The notes beneath the pieces are model-generated. The model made no database searches and had not been told where the DNA came from. It worked only from the letters and a program-made list of their open reading frames with translations. DNA of 40,042 nucleotides from a virus. The stretch lies in the IMG/VR virus record IMGVR_UViG_3300029770_000022; one strand, 5' to 3'. The position numbers were made by a program, and so were the translations under genes. Of the stretch, positions 14,180-24,081 are shown piece after piece (the stretch's first letter is position 1; each line of letters begins with the position of its first letter).

Positions 14180-15178
14180 ATGTCTATTACTCTCGCAGAA
14201 GCCAAGGTCGGCATGGCCGACAAGGTCGATCAGATGATCGTCGACGAGTTCCGCCGCAGCTCCCTGCTGCTGGACAAGCTCGTTTTTGACAACGCAATCT
14301 CCCCCGGCACGGGCGGCTCCACGCTGACCTATGGTTACATCCAGCTCAAGACGCCCTCCACCGCTGCCGTCCGCGAGATTAACAGCGAGTACACCGCAGG
14401 CGAAGCAAAGCGCGAAAAGAAGACCGCAAGCGCCGTCATTATGGGCGGCTCCTTTGAGGTCGACCGTGTGCTCCAGAACACCTCCGGCGCGGTTGACGAG
14501 CTGGCTTTCCAGGCTCAGCAGAAAATCAAGGCAACCAGCAACTACTTCCACAATCTCGTTATCAATGGCATTGCAGCAGCCTCCGGCACGGGATATGTAC
14601 CCAAAACATTCGACGGCCTGCGCAAGCTGCTTGATGGATCCTCCAACAGCTTTACCACGGATATCGACCTCTCCGATGCGGCAAAGGTGACCAGCAACGC
14701 CAACGCTTTCATCGATCAGCTCGACCAGCTCGTTCACGCGATCGACGGCGATACCTCCATGCTCCTGATGAATGGTGATATGCTGCTCAAGGTGCGCGCT
14801 GCGGCTCGCCGCGCCGGATACTACGAGCGCACGAAGGACGACTTCGGCCGCGTTGTTGAAACCTTCGCTGGCATCCCGCTGATGGACTGCGGCAAGTACT
14901 TCAACGGAACCAGCTCCGTCGATGTTATCGGCACGTCCACGGCCAGCGCAAGCGCAGCCGGTACTTCCAGCATTTATGCTGTCAATATCGCGCTCGACGG
15001 CTTCCACGGCATTTCCCCGGTCGGAACTGGCGTGATCAACTCCTACATGCCGGACATGACGGCCCCCGGCGCAGTCAAGAAGGGCGAGGTCGAGCTTGTT
15101 GCTGGCGTAGTCCTGAAGAACACGCTCAAGGCGGCGGCTCTGAACGGTATCATTCTGAAGCCGAAAACTGGCGGCTAA
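14180..15178 (+). CDS. Major capsid protein (HK97-fold type by context)
   Basis: 332 aa, follows the scaffold gene. Very high GC3: 31/40 in the first 40 codons by hand count. Confidence 0.8.
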   Translation: MSITLAEAKVGMADKVDQMIVDEFRRSSLLLDKLVFDNAISPGTGGSTLTYGYIQLKTPSTAAVREINSEYTAGEAKREKKTASAVIMGGSFEVDRVLQNTSGAVDELAFQAQQKIKATSNYFHNLVINGIAAASGTGYVPKTFDGLRKLLDGSSNSFTTDIDLSDAAKVTSNANAFIDQLDQLVHAIDGDTSMLLMNGDMLLKVRAAARRAGYYERTKDDFGRVVETFAGIPLMDCGKYFNGTSSVDVIGTSTASASAAGTSSIYAVNIALDGFHGISPVGTGVINSYMPDMTAPGAVKKGEVELVAGVVLKNTLKAAALNGIILKPKTGG

Positions 15179-15195
15179 AGCTGGAGGTAACGCCC

Positions 15196-15555
15196 ATGAC
15201 GGATTTTGAATTTTATCGCACCCAGTACATGGGCGATTCCATCGCCGAAGCCGATTTCCCTCGCCTGATTCGTCGGGCGGGGGAAACGCTTGCCCGCTAT
15301 AAACGTATCTATTCCGTCACTTCCCCTCAGGAGGATGCGGAGGCTATGGCGGCGTGCGCTATGGCTGATGCTCTGGCGTACTATGACGCAGCTTTAAACG
15401 GCGCTGGCGGCGCCGTCAGCTCGGCAAGCATCGGAAGTGTGTCCGTCAGCTATGCAGGCGCAGCAAGCGCGGCGGACCTGTCACAAAGTGCGCAGGAAGC
15501 GGAGCTTTTCCGCTGCGCTTGCCTGTATCTGGATATCTACAGGGGGTGCTGCTGA
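15196..15555 (+). CDS. Head-tail connector / head completion protein
   Basis: 119 aa. Called on position after the capsid gene. Confidence 0.55.
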   Translation: MTDFEFYRTQYMGDSIAEADFPRLIRRAGETLARYKRIYSVTSPQEDAEAMAACAMADALAYYDAALNGAGGAVSSASIGSVSVSYAGAASAADLSQSAQEAELFRCACLYLDIYRGCC

Positions 15556-15923
15556 TGTTGTCCCTTCGACAGCGCGGCCCAGTGGATTACCGGCTCTGCA
15601 CGCAGACGGTGACCGTGTACCACAAGGACGGAGACGCCTACACGCGTACTGTATACGACCGCGCTTTTCTGGATTTCAAGAAAACACAGAACGTAGACAA
15701 GACAGGCAGCAGCGAGAGCAATTCCTTTTTGCTCGTCATCCCGTGCGACCATCAGACGGTGCACGTTGGGGACAAAGTTTTGCTCGGGATTGGCGCGGAG
15801 ATCACCACGCGGGAAGCTTGGGCGGCTTTCGTCCCTGTCAAAGTGCCCGGTCTGTGCGTGGTCAAGTACGTCGATCCCAAATACTGGCGCGGGGATATGG
15901 TGCACATCGAGGCGGGAGGTTGA
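15555..15923 (+). CDS. Head closure / neck protein
   Basis: TGATG coupling, 122 aa. Call is position-based. Confidence 0.5.
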   Translation: MLSLRQRGPVDYRLCTQTVTVYHKDGDAYTRTVYDRAFLDFKKTQNVDKTGSSESNSFLLVIPCDHQTVHVGDKVLLGIGAEITTREAWAAFVPVKVPGLCVVKYVDPKYWRGDMVHIEAGG

Positions 15924-15924
15924 T

Positions 15925-16386
15925 ATGCCGACCTACATCAGAATCAACACAAAAGGCATAGATAATCTTGTACGGCGGCTCGGCTCACAGCAGCTCGCGC
16001 AGCGGGCGCAGATCGCAATGACGCGAGAAGTCGACAAGCGCATCGGACGGTATATGGCTTTCCGTACCGGTGTGATGTCCGGCAAAGCAAAGCGCATGAT
16101 TTCCCCCTCGCAAATCCTCGTTGATACGCCATACGCGCGGTATCAGTATTACGGCAAGGTGATGGTCAACTCCAAGACCGGCAAGGGGCCGCGCGTGATT
16201 CCCGGCGTTGGTTTCCGCTGGCCGAAGGGCGCGATTCTCAAGGTCACGGACAGGCCGTTGCAGTATGACACCAGCAAAAATGAAAAAGCCGGCCCTTATT
16301 GGGACAAGGCGCTCATGGACAACGAAAGCACCGAAATCTGTGAATCCGTTGCAAATGAGATTATCCGTGCGGCAAGGGGGGAATGA
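15925..16386 (+). CDS. Neck/tail-attachment protein (HK97 gp10-like)
   Basis: GGGAGG SD. The DTPYARYQYYG motif is typical of this family. Confidence 0.55.
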   Translation: MPTYIRINTKGIDNLVRRLGSQQLAQRAQIAMTREVDKRIGRYMAFRTGVMSGKAKRMISPSQILVDTPYARYQYYGKVMVNSKTGKGPRVIPGVGFRWPKGAILKVTDRPLQYDTSKNEKAGPYWDKALMDNESTEICESVANEIIRAARGE

Positions 16387-16835
16387 CCATGACAGCGCTT
16401 GAAAAAGTCCGCGACTGGATTGCCACTTATCCCGGTTATAGTTCCCTTGACGGCCTGAGCGTTGACTACACCGACGCAAAGCCGGACAACGGTGGCTTGA
16501 TGCCGGGAGGCTTGACGGAGATCAGCCGAGCGGAGGACATTCTCGGGAATATCGTCGTTACCAACCAGTACAGCTTCACGCTGTACTTTCTTTTTGCCAA
16601 ATCGCCGGGGGATGACATCGGCGCGGAGGCAAATGCGCAATGGCTGCTTGCATTTCAGGATTGGGTGCAGGAGCAGTCCATCCGGCGCACCGCTCCCGTC
16701 TTTGGGGACGATGCGCGAAAAGAAACCATTAAGGCGCAGAATGGCACTCTCATCGGCGCAGACGAGGAAGGAACCGCCTGCTATACCGTGCAGCTCACTG
16801 CGCAGTTTATCAAAAAATTTGAATACGGAGGTTAA
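16383..16835 (+). CDS. Tail completion / tail terminator protein
   Basis: ATGA coupling, 150 aa, upstream of the major tail gene. Confidence 0.5.
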   Translation: MTMTALEKVRDWIATYPGYSSLDGLSVDYTDAKPDNGGLMPGGLTEISRAEDILGNIVVTNQYSFTLYFLFAKSPGDDIGAEANAQWLLAFQDWVQEQSIRRTAPVFGDDARKETIKAQNGTLIGADEEGTACYTVQLTAQFIKKFEYGG

Positions 16836-16838
16836 AAA

Positions 16839-17333
16839 ATGATCGAAAGAAAGCTTATGGCGCACTACATTGACGCTGGCTTCGGCGGCGACGGCGGCGG
16901 CTCTTATACTCCGTCCTATGTCCGGCTGGGCAAGGATCTTGAGGAATACAACGTCGAGCTGAACCCCGACACCGAAACCAGCAAGAACATTCTCGGTGAA
17001 TCCACCTTCAAGCACAAAGGCTATGAGGTGTCTGCTGATGCGGATCCCTACTATGCAGAAAAGGGCGATGCGCTCTTCGCGAAGCTTCAGGAGATTGTCG
17101 ACAACCGCTCCACCGGCGATGCCTGCAAGACCACCGCTGTGGAAGTGCACCTTTGGGAAGCGGAGACATCCGGCGCGTTCCCGGCATACCGCGAGGATTG
17201 CTATGTCGTGCCGACGTCCTACGGCGGAGACACGTCCGGTTATCAGATCCCGTTTACGGTCTACTACACCGGCAACCGCGTGAAGGGTACGTTCAACCCT
17301 AAAACCAAGGCTTTTACCCCGGCAGAAACTTAA
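16839..17333 (+). CDS. Major tail protein
   Basis: 164 aa. Called on its position before the chaperones and tape measure. Confidence 0.7.
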   Translation: MIERKLMAHYIDAGFGGDGGGSYTPSYVRLGKDLEEYNVELNPDTETSKNILGESTFKHKGYEVSADADPYYAEKGDALFAKLQEIVDNRSTGDACKTTAVEVHLWEAETSGAFPAYREDCYVVPTSYGGDTSGYQIPFTVYYTGNRVKGTFNPKTKAFTPAET

Positions 17334-17348
17334 AAGGAGGTCGCAAAA

Positions 17349-17777
17349 ATGGCAGAAACCATGAAGCTTACTGTTGATACCGGCGCGATCACAATCGAGC
17401 TGGTCGACGAGAAAGGGCGAGACATCGGCACCTTTGATTTTAATCCTGCCGACTCCAACATTATCCGTCGGTATAAAGAGGTTGTCGAGCGATTTGGCGG
17501 GATCGCACAGCGCATCCGTGACGCGGGAGGGCTTGGAGAGGAGGAGGTCTGCAAGGTGTCCGACGAAATCGCGGAACAGATTGATTATCTCCTCGGTTAC
17601 AACGTGTCAGAGCAGGTGTTCTGCCGTCTTGGAGCCCTCACGATCACCGGGAACGGTGACCTTTACTTTGAACGAGTGCTTGACGGTATCGCGGATGTGA
17701 TCGAGAAGGTCACGAACAAGCGCGTCGAGAAAAAGCTCGAGCGAGTCCGAAAGGCGACCGAAAAGTACAGTAAATGA
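17349..17777 (+). CDS. Tail assembly chaperone
   Basis: 142 aa acidic protein directly before the Gp15-like gene and the tape measure. Confidence 0.6.
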   Translation: MAETMKLTVDTGAITIELVDEKGRDIGTFDFNPADSNIIRRYKEVVERFGGIAQRIRDAGGLGEEEVCKVSDEIAEQIDYLLGYNVSEQVFCRLGALTITGNGDLYFERVLDGIADVIEKVTNKRVEKKLERVRKATEKYSK

Positions 17778-18331
17778 CAAACCGCTGGGAACTTCCCACG
17801 TCGCTCGATGTCGGCGGCGTGGGAGTCCCTATTCGCACGGATTACAGGGCAATCCTCGACATCCTTGCACATTTTAACAGCCCTGAATATGAAGAAGATG
17901 AGAAACAGCTCATTTGCCTGAAAATCCTATACAAAGAGGAAATACCGCCTGCGCATCAGGCAGAAGCGATACAGCAAGCCATTGCATTTATTGATGGCGG
18001 CGAAAAAAAGGAGTCCGGGGCAAATCCGCGCCTGATGGATTGGGAGCAGGATGCACCAATCCTTGCGCCGGCGCTGAACAAAGCACTAGGGATGGAAATC
18101 CGGTCCGTCCCGTATTTGCATTGGTGGACGTTGCTCGGAGCGTATATGTCTATCCGGGAGAGCCTGTTTTCTGAGGTGGTGTCCATCCGGCAGAAAAAGG
18201 CAAAGCACAAAAAGCTAGAAAAGTACGAACAGGAATTTTACAGGGAGAATAAATCCCTGATTGATATTCAGCCTCGGTTATCTGCCGAGGAACAGGCGGA
18301 GATTGACCGCCTGAATGAGATGCTGAAATGA
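17774..18331 (+). CDS. Bacteriophage Gp15-family protein (tail assembly)
   Basis: WELPTSLDVGG...IRTDYRAILDIL...YLHWWTLLGAYM matches the remembered Phage_Gp15 pattern. Confidence 0.65.
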   Translation: MTNRWELPTSLDVGGVGVPIRTDYRAILDILAHFNSPEYEEDEKQLICLKILYKEEIPPAHQAEAIQQAIAFIDGGEKKESGANPRLMDWEQDAPILAPALNKALGMEIRSVPYLHWWTLLGAYMSIRESLFSEVVSIRQKKAKHKKLEKYEQEFYRENKSLIDIQPRLSAEEQAEIDRLNEMLK

Positions 18332-18341
18332 GGTGGGGCGT

Positions 18342-21300
18342 ATGCCACAAGCAGACGGTAGAATTGTAATTGAGACATCCCTGGAATCCGGAGGGATAAA
18401 GGCAGGCGCCAGAGAAATCGCTGCCGCCTGCAAGAATGCGGCGCAAACCGCTGCACAGATGGGCGGCAAGGCGCAGGTCGCGATCGAAAAGGCGGCGAAC
18501 GCCGTTTCCCGGCAAAACGCGGCATATGCACAGCAGTTGCGCAAGGTGGATGCGCTGCAGAAAAAGCTGGCTCAAATGGAGAAGGAGCCGGTAAAGTCCG
18601 AGAAATATGCAAAAGCAACAGATGAAGTTGAACGATTAACAGTCGCTCTGGCAAATGCACGGAAGGAACGCAACGAACTGCTTGATTCCGGGGCCGACCC
18701 AGATGCCTATCCGGCAGTTGGCGCAGCCGCAAGGGTTGAAATGATCAAAAAAGAGCTGGTGCAAGCGAAAGCTCTAAAGGCGGAACTTGAGAGCAAAGGA
18801 ACCGCCTACGTCCCGCAGGACACCTCCGTCGTCACCGCGCAGCTCCAGCGGGAGGAAGCAAAGCTTGCACAAATGAATGCAGCGCTCGGAACAAGCTATG
18901 CGGCGCTCGGTCAAAAAGTCGCAAAATACACCGGAGAAGCTGCTCAGGGAGAGGCGCAGACGCATCGGTTCAAGAAAGCTATGCAGGGGCTTTCGCGTGG
19001 AATTGGCCAGGGGGCGCTTCGCGGGCTTTCTTCCGTCGGGAAAAAGCTCAAAGGGTTAGTTTCCAGCTTGATAAAGGGGCGCAAGAGCGCCGGTAAAATG
19101 AATAGCTCCTTCAAAGGAGGGATTGGTACCATCCTGAAATACGGGATCGGTATACGATCGCTGTATGTACTTTTTAACAAGCTGCGCGGAGCGATGAAGG
19201 AAGGAATAAACAATCTGGCAAAGCAAGACTCCGCGATGAATGCCAGCCTTTCTTCCCTCAAATCATCTCTGACACAGTTAAAAAACTCGATTGCGGCGGC
19301 GTTTTCCCCGGTCATCACTGCTGTCGTCCCCATCCTAAACACACTGATTGGCAAACTGGTTGATGCTACAAACGCAATCGGTATGTTCCTCGCTGCGATT
19401 TCTGGACAGACGACGTACAAAAAGGCAACGGCGGCGCAGGAGGATTATGCGGCATCCTTGGAGGGAACAGCCTCCGCTGCAAAGGATGTGCAGCAGAATC
19501 TCTCTGGTCTCGACGAGATCAATACGTGGAACAATGCAAAGAGCGGAGGCGGCGGCTCGTCCGGCGGCTTTGAAAATGCGGAGATATCAAACGAGATCAA
19601 CGACATTGCTGCCATGATAAGAAAGGGCAAATGGGACGAGCTTGCAAGTGCTCTTGCGGATAAGATAAACGGGCTTGTTCTATCCGTCGACGCGAAAGAG
19701 GTCGGAGGCAAGATCGCAAGCGTTATCAACAGCGGCGCGAAGATCGCATCGTCGTTTTTGGAGCGGGCCAGCTTCGACCTGATCGGGGATAAAATTGCAG
19801 CGACGATTGTCGCGTCCGTCGAGCGGATCGACTGGTCCCGCCTTGGTGGGCTTTCCGTCGCCGGAGTGAATATGCTGATTGATTTTGTCGATGGCCTGAC
19901 GCGGAGAATGTCAGCCATCGGGAAAGACGGGAGAACCGGCTGGAAGAAATTCGCGGACGCGGTATCTGATTTTGTAAATAGCGCCATAAAATCAATCAAA
20001 CTTTCGAAGTTTGTGAAGGCAACCTCCAGCTTAATCAAGGGGCTTAACGATTTGATCTCATCCGCCATCACAAAATTGGACTGGCGCGGATTTGCCGGCA
20101 AGATCGCAGACGCCGTCGGAAATATCGACATCAGCGGAATCATTGGTGGTGCGACGAAGGTTTTTAGCAAGCTTGTCGTTGGCCTGAACGGACTGCTCAA
20201 GGGTCTTTTGGATGGCCTTGACTGGTTCTCGCTTGGCGAGGATGTCACCCACGCAATCAAGCAGCTCCTTGAAAATATTGACTGGGTGCAGCTGCTGTGG
20301 GATGCAGCCATCATCCCGATAAAGACAGCATGGGGCATCTTAAAAGGCATAGCAGGAGGCATCGCCGGAATCTTTACCTCGAGCCAGGAGCCAGTGCAGT
20401 ACGTAACAGACGAGCTGCTCGACGTGCAGAATCAGGTGGAGGCGGTCAGAAGAGGCTCTGAGGACTTACACGATTATCTCTCAAATCTTGATCTATCTGT
20501 CCAACCCGAAAAACTCGGCAAACTCGAGCATGCACGCGATCTGGTAAACGAGATTTTTACTCTTAATGATAAGCAGTATAAAACCAACGAGGAGATTGAA
20601 GAGCTAAAGGCAAAAATTGAACTGTTAAACGACCTTGACCTTGACGGGGTACGGTTGGAATTTAATGAAACCTCGAAAAGCGTCACAGGAACCAAAGAGG
20701 CGGTGCTCGGCACAATCGACGCGCTTAAGAAGCAATATGAGCTTGAGGCCAAAAAGGAAGTCCTTGTGGATCTGTACAAAAAGCAGTGGGAGGCCAAGCA
20801 GAGACTGACAGAAGCGGAAGAAGCTCACACAAAAGCGCAGGAAATCGCGGACGCAAAGCTTGACGAGTGGAAGCAAAAGGAAAAGGAAACGCAAGCCCTC
20901 TACGAAAAACGCATTGCTCTCGGCGAAGAGTATAACGAGGCACTGAAAAAGAATGAGCTTGGTACGCGTGACTGGCGCGGAGAGATGGACGCTCTCGACT
21001 ACGCCTACAACAAATCCATTGAGTCGCAAACAAAGCTAAAACAGGAATACAAAGACACCCTGCCGTACCTCAACGAAACCCGCGACGCGCTGAAAGGCGC
21101 AACGGATGACTATAACACCCTTGGAACATCCATAGACAACGTTGCGCAAAGTATGACCGACACAATGCGGGAGTCTGGCGCAACTGCGGGCCGCGCATGG
21201 GTCGAAGAGTTCGAAAAGAACAGCCGTCAGTTAGGTACGGTCTTAAAAAAAGTGGCTGACGGCATTTATTTTGACCTTACGACATCCGGTGGGCGCATTT

Positions 21301-21857
21301 CGCTCAAGACCCGTACTATTTCGGCGTATGCCGAAGGTGGCGTCCCGCAGTCCGGGCAGCTTTTCGTTGCGAATGAAGCAGGCCCCGAGTTGGTCGGCAA
21401 CATTGGCGGGAGGACTGCCGTTGCAAACGCAGCGCAGATCGTCGAGGCTGTTGCAAAGGGCGTTGCGAGAGCCGTCAGGCAAGCGCTCGCCGAAAGCGGG
21501 ATATCCTCTTTTGTGCGGGAAGCTGCACGGAAGCTGGATAGCCTTACAACCTCTGTCATTCGGCTGCCGCGCAACTCCGCCGAGATCGGAATCCCGCGAA
21601 TCCGCATGCCGCTTATGGCCAGCGGGAGTGTTATCCCACCGCAGGCAATCTACAGCGCACGACTCGCGCAAAAAGGCGGCGAACAGGAGGCGGATGTTAT
21701 CCGCCGCGTTATCCGCGACGAGGTCAAAAGCGGCGGTGCCGTGTATCAGTTTGTCGCGCAGCTTAACCGGCGTACGATCTTCCAGGAGATGATCGACGAG
21801 GCGAAGCTCCGGCAGGCCAGCAGCGGCATGAATCCGTTCCTGCTTGGGAGGGCGTAA
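18342..21857 (+). CDS. Tape measure protein
   Basis: 1171 aa, helical and Ala/Lys-rich with Gly-rich membrane-like segments. The longest gene of the tail module. Alternative start GTG 18333. Confidence 0.9.
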   Translation: MPQADGRIVIETSLESGGIKAGAREIAAACKNAAQTAAQMGGKAQVAIEKAANAVSRQNAAYAQQLRKVDALQKKLAQMEKEPVKSEKYAKATDEVERLTVALANARKERNELLDSGADPDAYPAVGAAARVEMIKKELVQAKALKAELESKGTAYVPQDTSVVTAQLQREEAKLAQMNAALGTSYAALGQKVAKYTGEAAQGEAQTHRFKKAMQGLSRGIGQGALRGLSSVGKKLKGLVSSLIKGRKSAGKMNSSFKGGIGTILKYGIGIRSLYVLFNKLRGAMKEGINNLAKQDSAMNASLSSLKSSLTQLKNSIAAAFSPVITAVVPILNTLIGKLVDATNAIGMFLAAISGQTTYKKATAAQEDYAASLEGTASAAKDVQQNLSGLDEINTWNNAKSGGGGSSGGFENAEISNEINDIAAMIRKGKWDELASALADKINGLVLSVDAKEVGGKIASVINSGAKIASSFLERASFDLIGDKIAATIVASVERIDWSRLGGLSVAGVNMLIDFVDGLTRRMSAIGKDGRTGWKKFADAVSDFVNSAIKSIKLSKFVKATSSLIKGLNDLISSAITKLDWRGFAGKIADAVGNIDISGIIGGATKVFSKLVVGLNGLLKGLLDGLDWFSLGEDVTHAIKQLLENIDWVQLLWDAAIIPIKTAWGILKGIAGGIAGIFTSSQEPVQYVTDELLDVQNQVEAVRRGSEDLHDYLSNLDLSVQPEKLGKLEHARDLVNEIFTLNDKQYKTNEEIEELKAKIELLNDLDLDGVRLEFNETSKSVTGTKEAVLGTIDALKKQYELEAKKEVLVDLYKKQWEAKQRLTEAEEAHTKAQEIADAKLDEWKQKEKETQALYEKRIALGEEYNEALKKNELGTRDWRGEMDALDYAYNKSIESQTKLKQEYKDTLPYLNETRDALKGATDDYNTLGTSIDNVAQSMTDTMRESGATAGRAWVEEFEKNSRQLGTVLKKVADGIYFDLTTSGGRISLKTRTISAYAEGGVPQSGQLFVANEAGPELVGNIGGRTAVANAAQIVEAVAKGVARAVRQALAESGISSFVREAARKLDSLTTSVIRLPRNSAEIGIPRIRMPLMASGSVIPPQAIYSARLAQKGGEQEADVIRRVIRDEVKSGGAVYQFVAQLNRRTIFQEMIDEAKLRQASSGMNPFLLGRA

Positions 21858-21858
21858 T

Positions 21859-22239
21859 ATGGCGCAGAATTACATCACGATCAACAGCGTCAAGATCAAG
21901 CAGCCGGATGAAGGGCTTGGCTATTCTTTCGAGACAACCTACACGAGCGATTCAACGCGCGTGCAATCCGGTGCGATGCACGCGACACCGATGTTCACGG
22001 TGGAATCCTTCTCTTATGCAGCGTCTTATCTGACCATAGCGGAAATGCAGACCATCTTGCAGAAGGTCGCAAAGGGCGGGAATTTCACGCTACACTACTT
22101 CTCCCCGTACTATGGGCAATGGCGGGACGATACCTTCTACGTTGGCAAAGGCTCGCTTGAAATCGGCAGGCTGACGGAGGACGGGGAGTATTTTGACAGT
22201 CTTTCGTTTAACATGGTGGGGGTGAATCCGATTGGTTAA
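21859..22239 (+). CDS. Small distal-tail-position protein
   Basis: 126 aa, immediately after the tape measure. Shorter than a classical Dit. Confidence 0.45.
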   Translation: MAQNYITINSVKIKQPDEGLGYSFETTYTSDSTRVQSGAMHATPMFTVESFSYAASYLTIAEMQTILQKVAKGGNFTLHYFSPYYGQWRDDTFYVGKGSLEIGRLTEDGEYFDSLSFNMVGVNPIG

Positions 22240-24070
22240 TGTTTCCGCCGAGTTCAAGAACCTCATGAAGCAGCGGACGGACTTCCTTCCGGAGGCAACC
22301 GTCACATTCTCGGATGCATCCACGCTGGATCTCACGCCCGCGAATTTTACAATCAGGAATAACGGCTATACCGACGGGGCAGGCTCAAACGGCCTACCCC
22401 TCGGCGTCCTGATCGGCCGGACGATCTCAATCGAGCTGGACAACCACGACGGGAGTCTGTCCGAGCACGACTTTTTCGGGGCGTCGATTGCCCTTCGGCT
22501 GCGCTTCCAGGTCTCCGCCAGTGTGGAAAAAATTGCCGTCGGCACTTTTACCGTGCTTACGCCGCAGACCGGCGGAGAAACAATCACCGTCACGGCGACG
22601 GATGCATCGTGGCGCACGGACAAGACCTACACGACAAGCGCGACCTTCCCCGCGACGCTCGGAACGTTGCTTTCCGATGCCTGCGATTCCTGCGGTATTC
22701 CCTATCAATCGCTGACCTTCAAAAACAGCTCGTTCCTTGTGGATGCTCCGCCGGAGGGAGATTACACCTTCCGGCAGATCATCGGCTATATCGCCTGTAT
22801 CGCTGGCGGCAATGCCCGCATCAACCGGCAGGGCTATATGGAGATCATATCCTATGATTTTGATCATACGGCATACCACGATTTGACCGACTGGATCAAT
22901 CTCACCCTTGACACCTCGGATATCACCCTGACGGGGCTTAAAACGTCCAAGACGACCACAAATGAGGATGGCAAGGACGTGCGGGAGGACGTTCTGCAAG
23001 GCGCTGACGGTTACGTTCTCGCCGTCACAAATCCGCTGATTCTGGGAAAGGAATCCGAGGCTCTCGGGCTGATGGCCGCAAATCTTGTTGGAAAGAGCTT
23101 CCGTAAATTTTCCGGGGATTATATCGGCTATCCGATTGCGGATTTTATGGACGCTGTAAAAATCACAGACCGGAAGGGGAATGCCTACTGGTCGGTAATT
23201 ACGGACATAGATTTCGTGATTTCCGGTATGACCACCCTCTCAAATAGCGCGTTGTCTGCGGTGGAAAACGCTGGGACATATCCCAGTGCGGAGAGCAAGG
23301 CGGTGATAGCCGCTCGGAAGCTCGTCGCGCAGGAGCGCACGGCAAGAGAAACGGCGATTGCACAGCTTAACACGCTGCTTGCGCAATCCTCCGGCATGTA
23401 CACCACGAGCGTCCCGCAGGAGGACGGATCGACAATCTACTATCTGCATGACAAGCCTACACTCGCAGAATCTAAAAACGTGATGAAGCTCACCGCCGAC
23501 GCAATCGGCTTTTCCACCGACGGCGGTGAAACATATCCATTCGGCCTTGCGGTCAACGGCGATACAATCACGCGCATCCTTTCGGCTGTCGGCGTCAATG
23601 CCGAGTGGGTTAAGGTCGGTGCATCGTCCCTCCCGGATTCCATCGACGACCTCTCGTCGCAGTTGTCCGTGATGCTGGAATCCTTTACGTCGCAGTTTTC
23701 CCGCCAGCAGGAAACGATTGACGGGCTACAGACGGATATGACCACAATCCAGCAGAACGCTGACAAAATCACCCTGCAAGTCCAGAAAATTGTTGATGAC
23801 GGCGTCGACAAAGTCACCACGACCACCGGCGTCACGGTGGACGGCGATGGATTGCACGTCGGAAAAGACGGCGAGGAAATGGAAACCGTCGTCGATTTCG
23901 ACGGTATGGAGATCAACCGAAATGATACCACCATACTCGCGGCAAAACCGTCCGGTGTTGAGGCCGAGAATGTCACCGTGCGGACGTATCTGACCATCGG
24001 GCTGCACGCCCGGTTCGAGGACTATTCCAACGACCGCGACAGCGCCAGGACGGCATGCTTTTTCGTTTAG
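22232..24070 (+). CDS. Tail-associated (Tal / tail tip) structural protein
   Basis: 612 aa, TTG start (alternative ATG 22266). The N-terminal region is typical of prophage tail proteins, and the C-terminus is coiled. Call is position-based. Confidence 0.65.
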   Translation: MVNVSAEFKNLMKQRTDFLPEATVTFSDASTLDLTPANFTIRNNGYTDGAGSNGLPLGVLIGRTISIELDNHDGSLSEHDFFGASIALRLRFQVSASVEKIAVGTFTVLTPQTGGETITVTATDASWRTDKTYTTSATFPATLGTLLSDACDSCGIPYQSLTFKNSSFLVDAPPEGDYTFRQIIGYIACIAGGNARINRQGYMEIISYDFDHTAYHDLTDWINLTLDTSDITLTGLKTSKTTTNEDGKDVREDVLQGADGYVLAVTNPLILGKESEALGLMAANLVGKSFRKFSGDYIGYPIADFMDAVKITDRKGNAYWSVITDIDFVISGMTTLSNSALSAVENAGTYPSAESKAVIAARKLVAQERTARETAIAQLNTLLAQSSGMYTTSVPQEDGSTIYYLHDKPTLAESKNVMKLTADAIGFSTDGGETYPFGLAVNGDTITRILSAVGVNAEWVKVGASSLPDSIDDLSSQLSVMLESFTSQFSRQQETIDGLQTDMTTIQQNADKITLQVQKIVDDGVDKVTTTTGVTVDGDGLHVGKDGEEMETVVDFDGMEINRNDTTILAAKPSGVEAENVTVRTYLTIGLHARFEDYSNDRDSARTACFFV

Positions 24071-24081
24071 GAGGTGAGATT

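Noticed and set aside
17690-17780. Programmed -1 frameshift joining the tail chaperone (17349..17777) to the next ORF, as in gpG/gpGT. A G-AAA-AAG stretch is present near 17733.
   Set aside because: The -1 frame contains TAA at 17771-17773, immediately before ATG 17774. The heptamer is imperfect, and the downstream gene has its own ATGA-coupled start. These are two separate genes.
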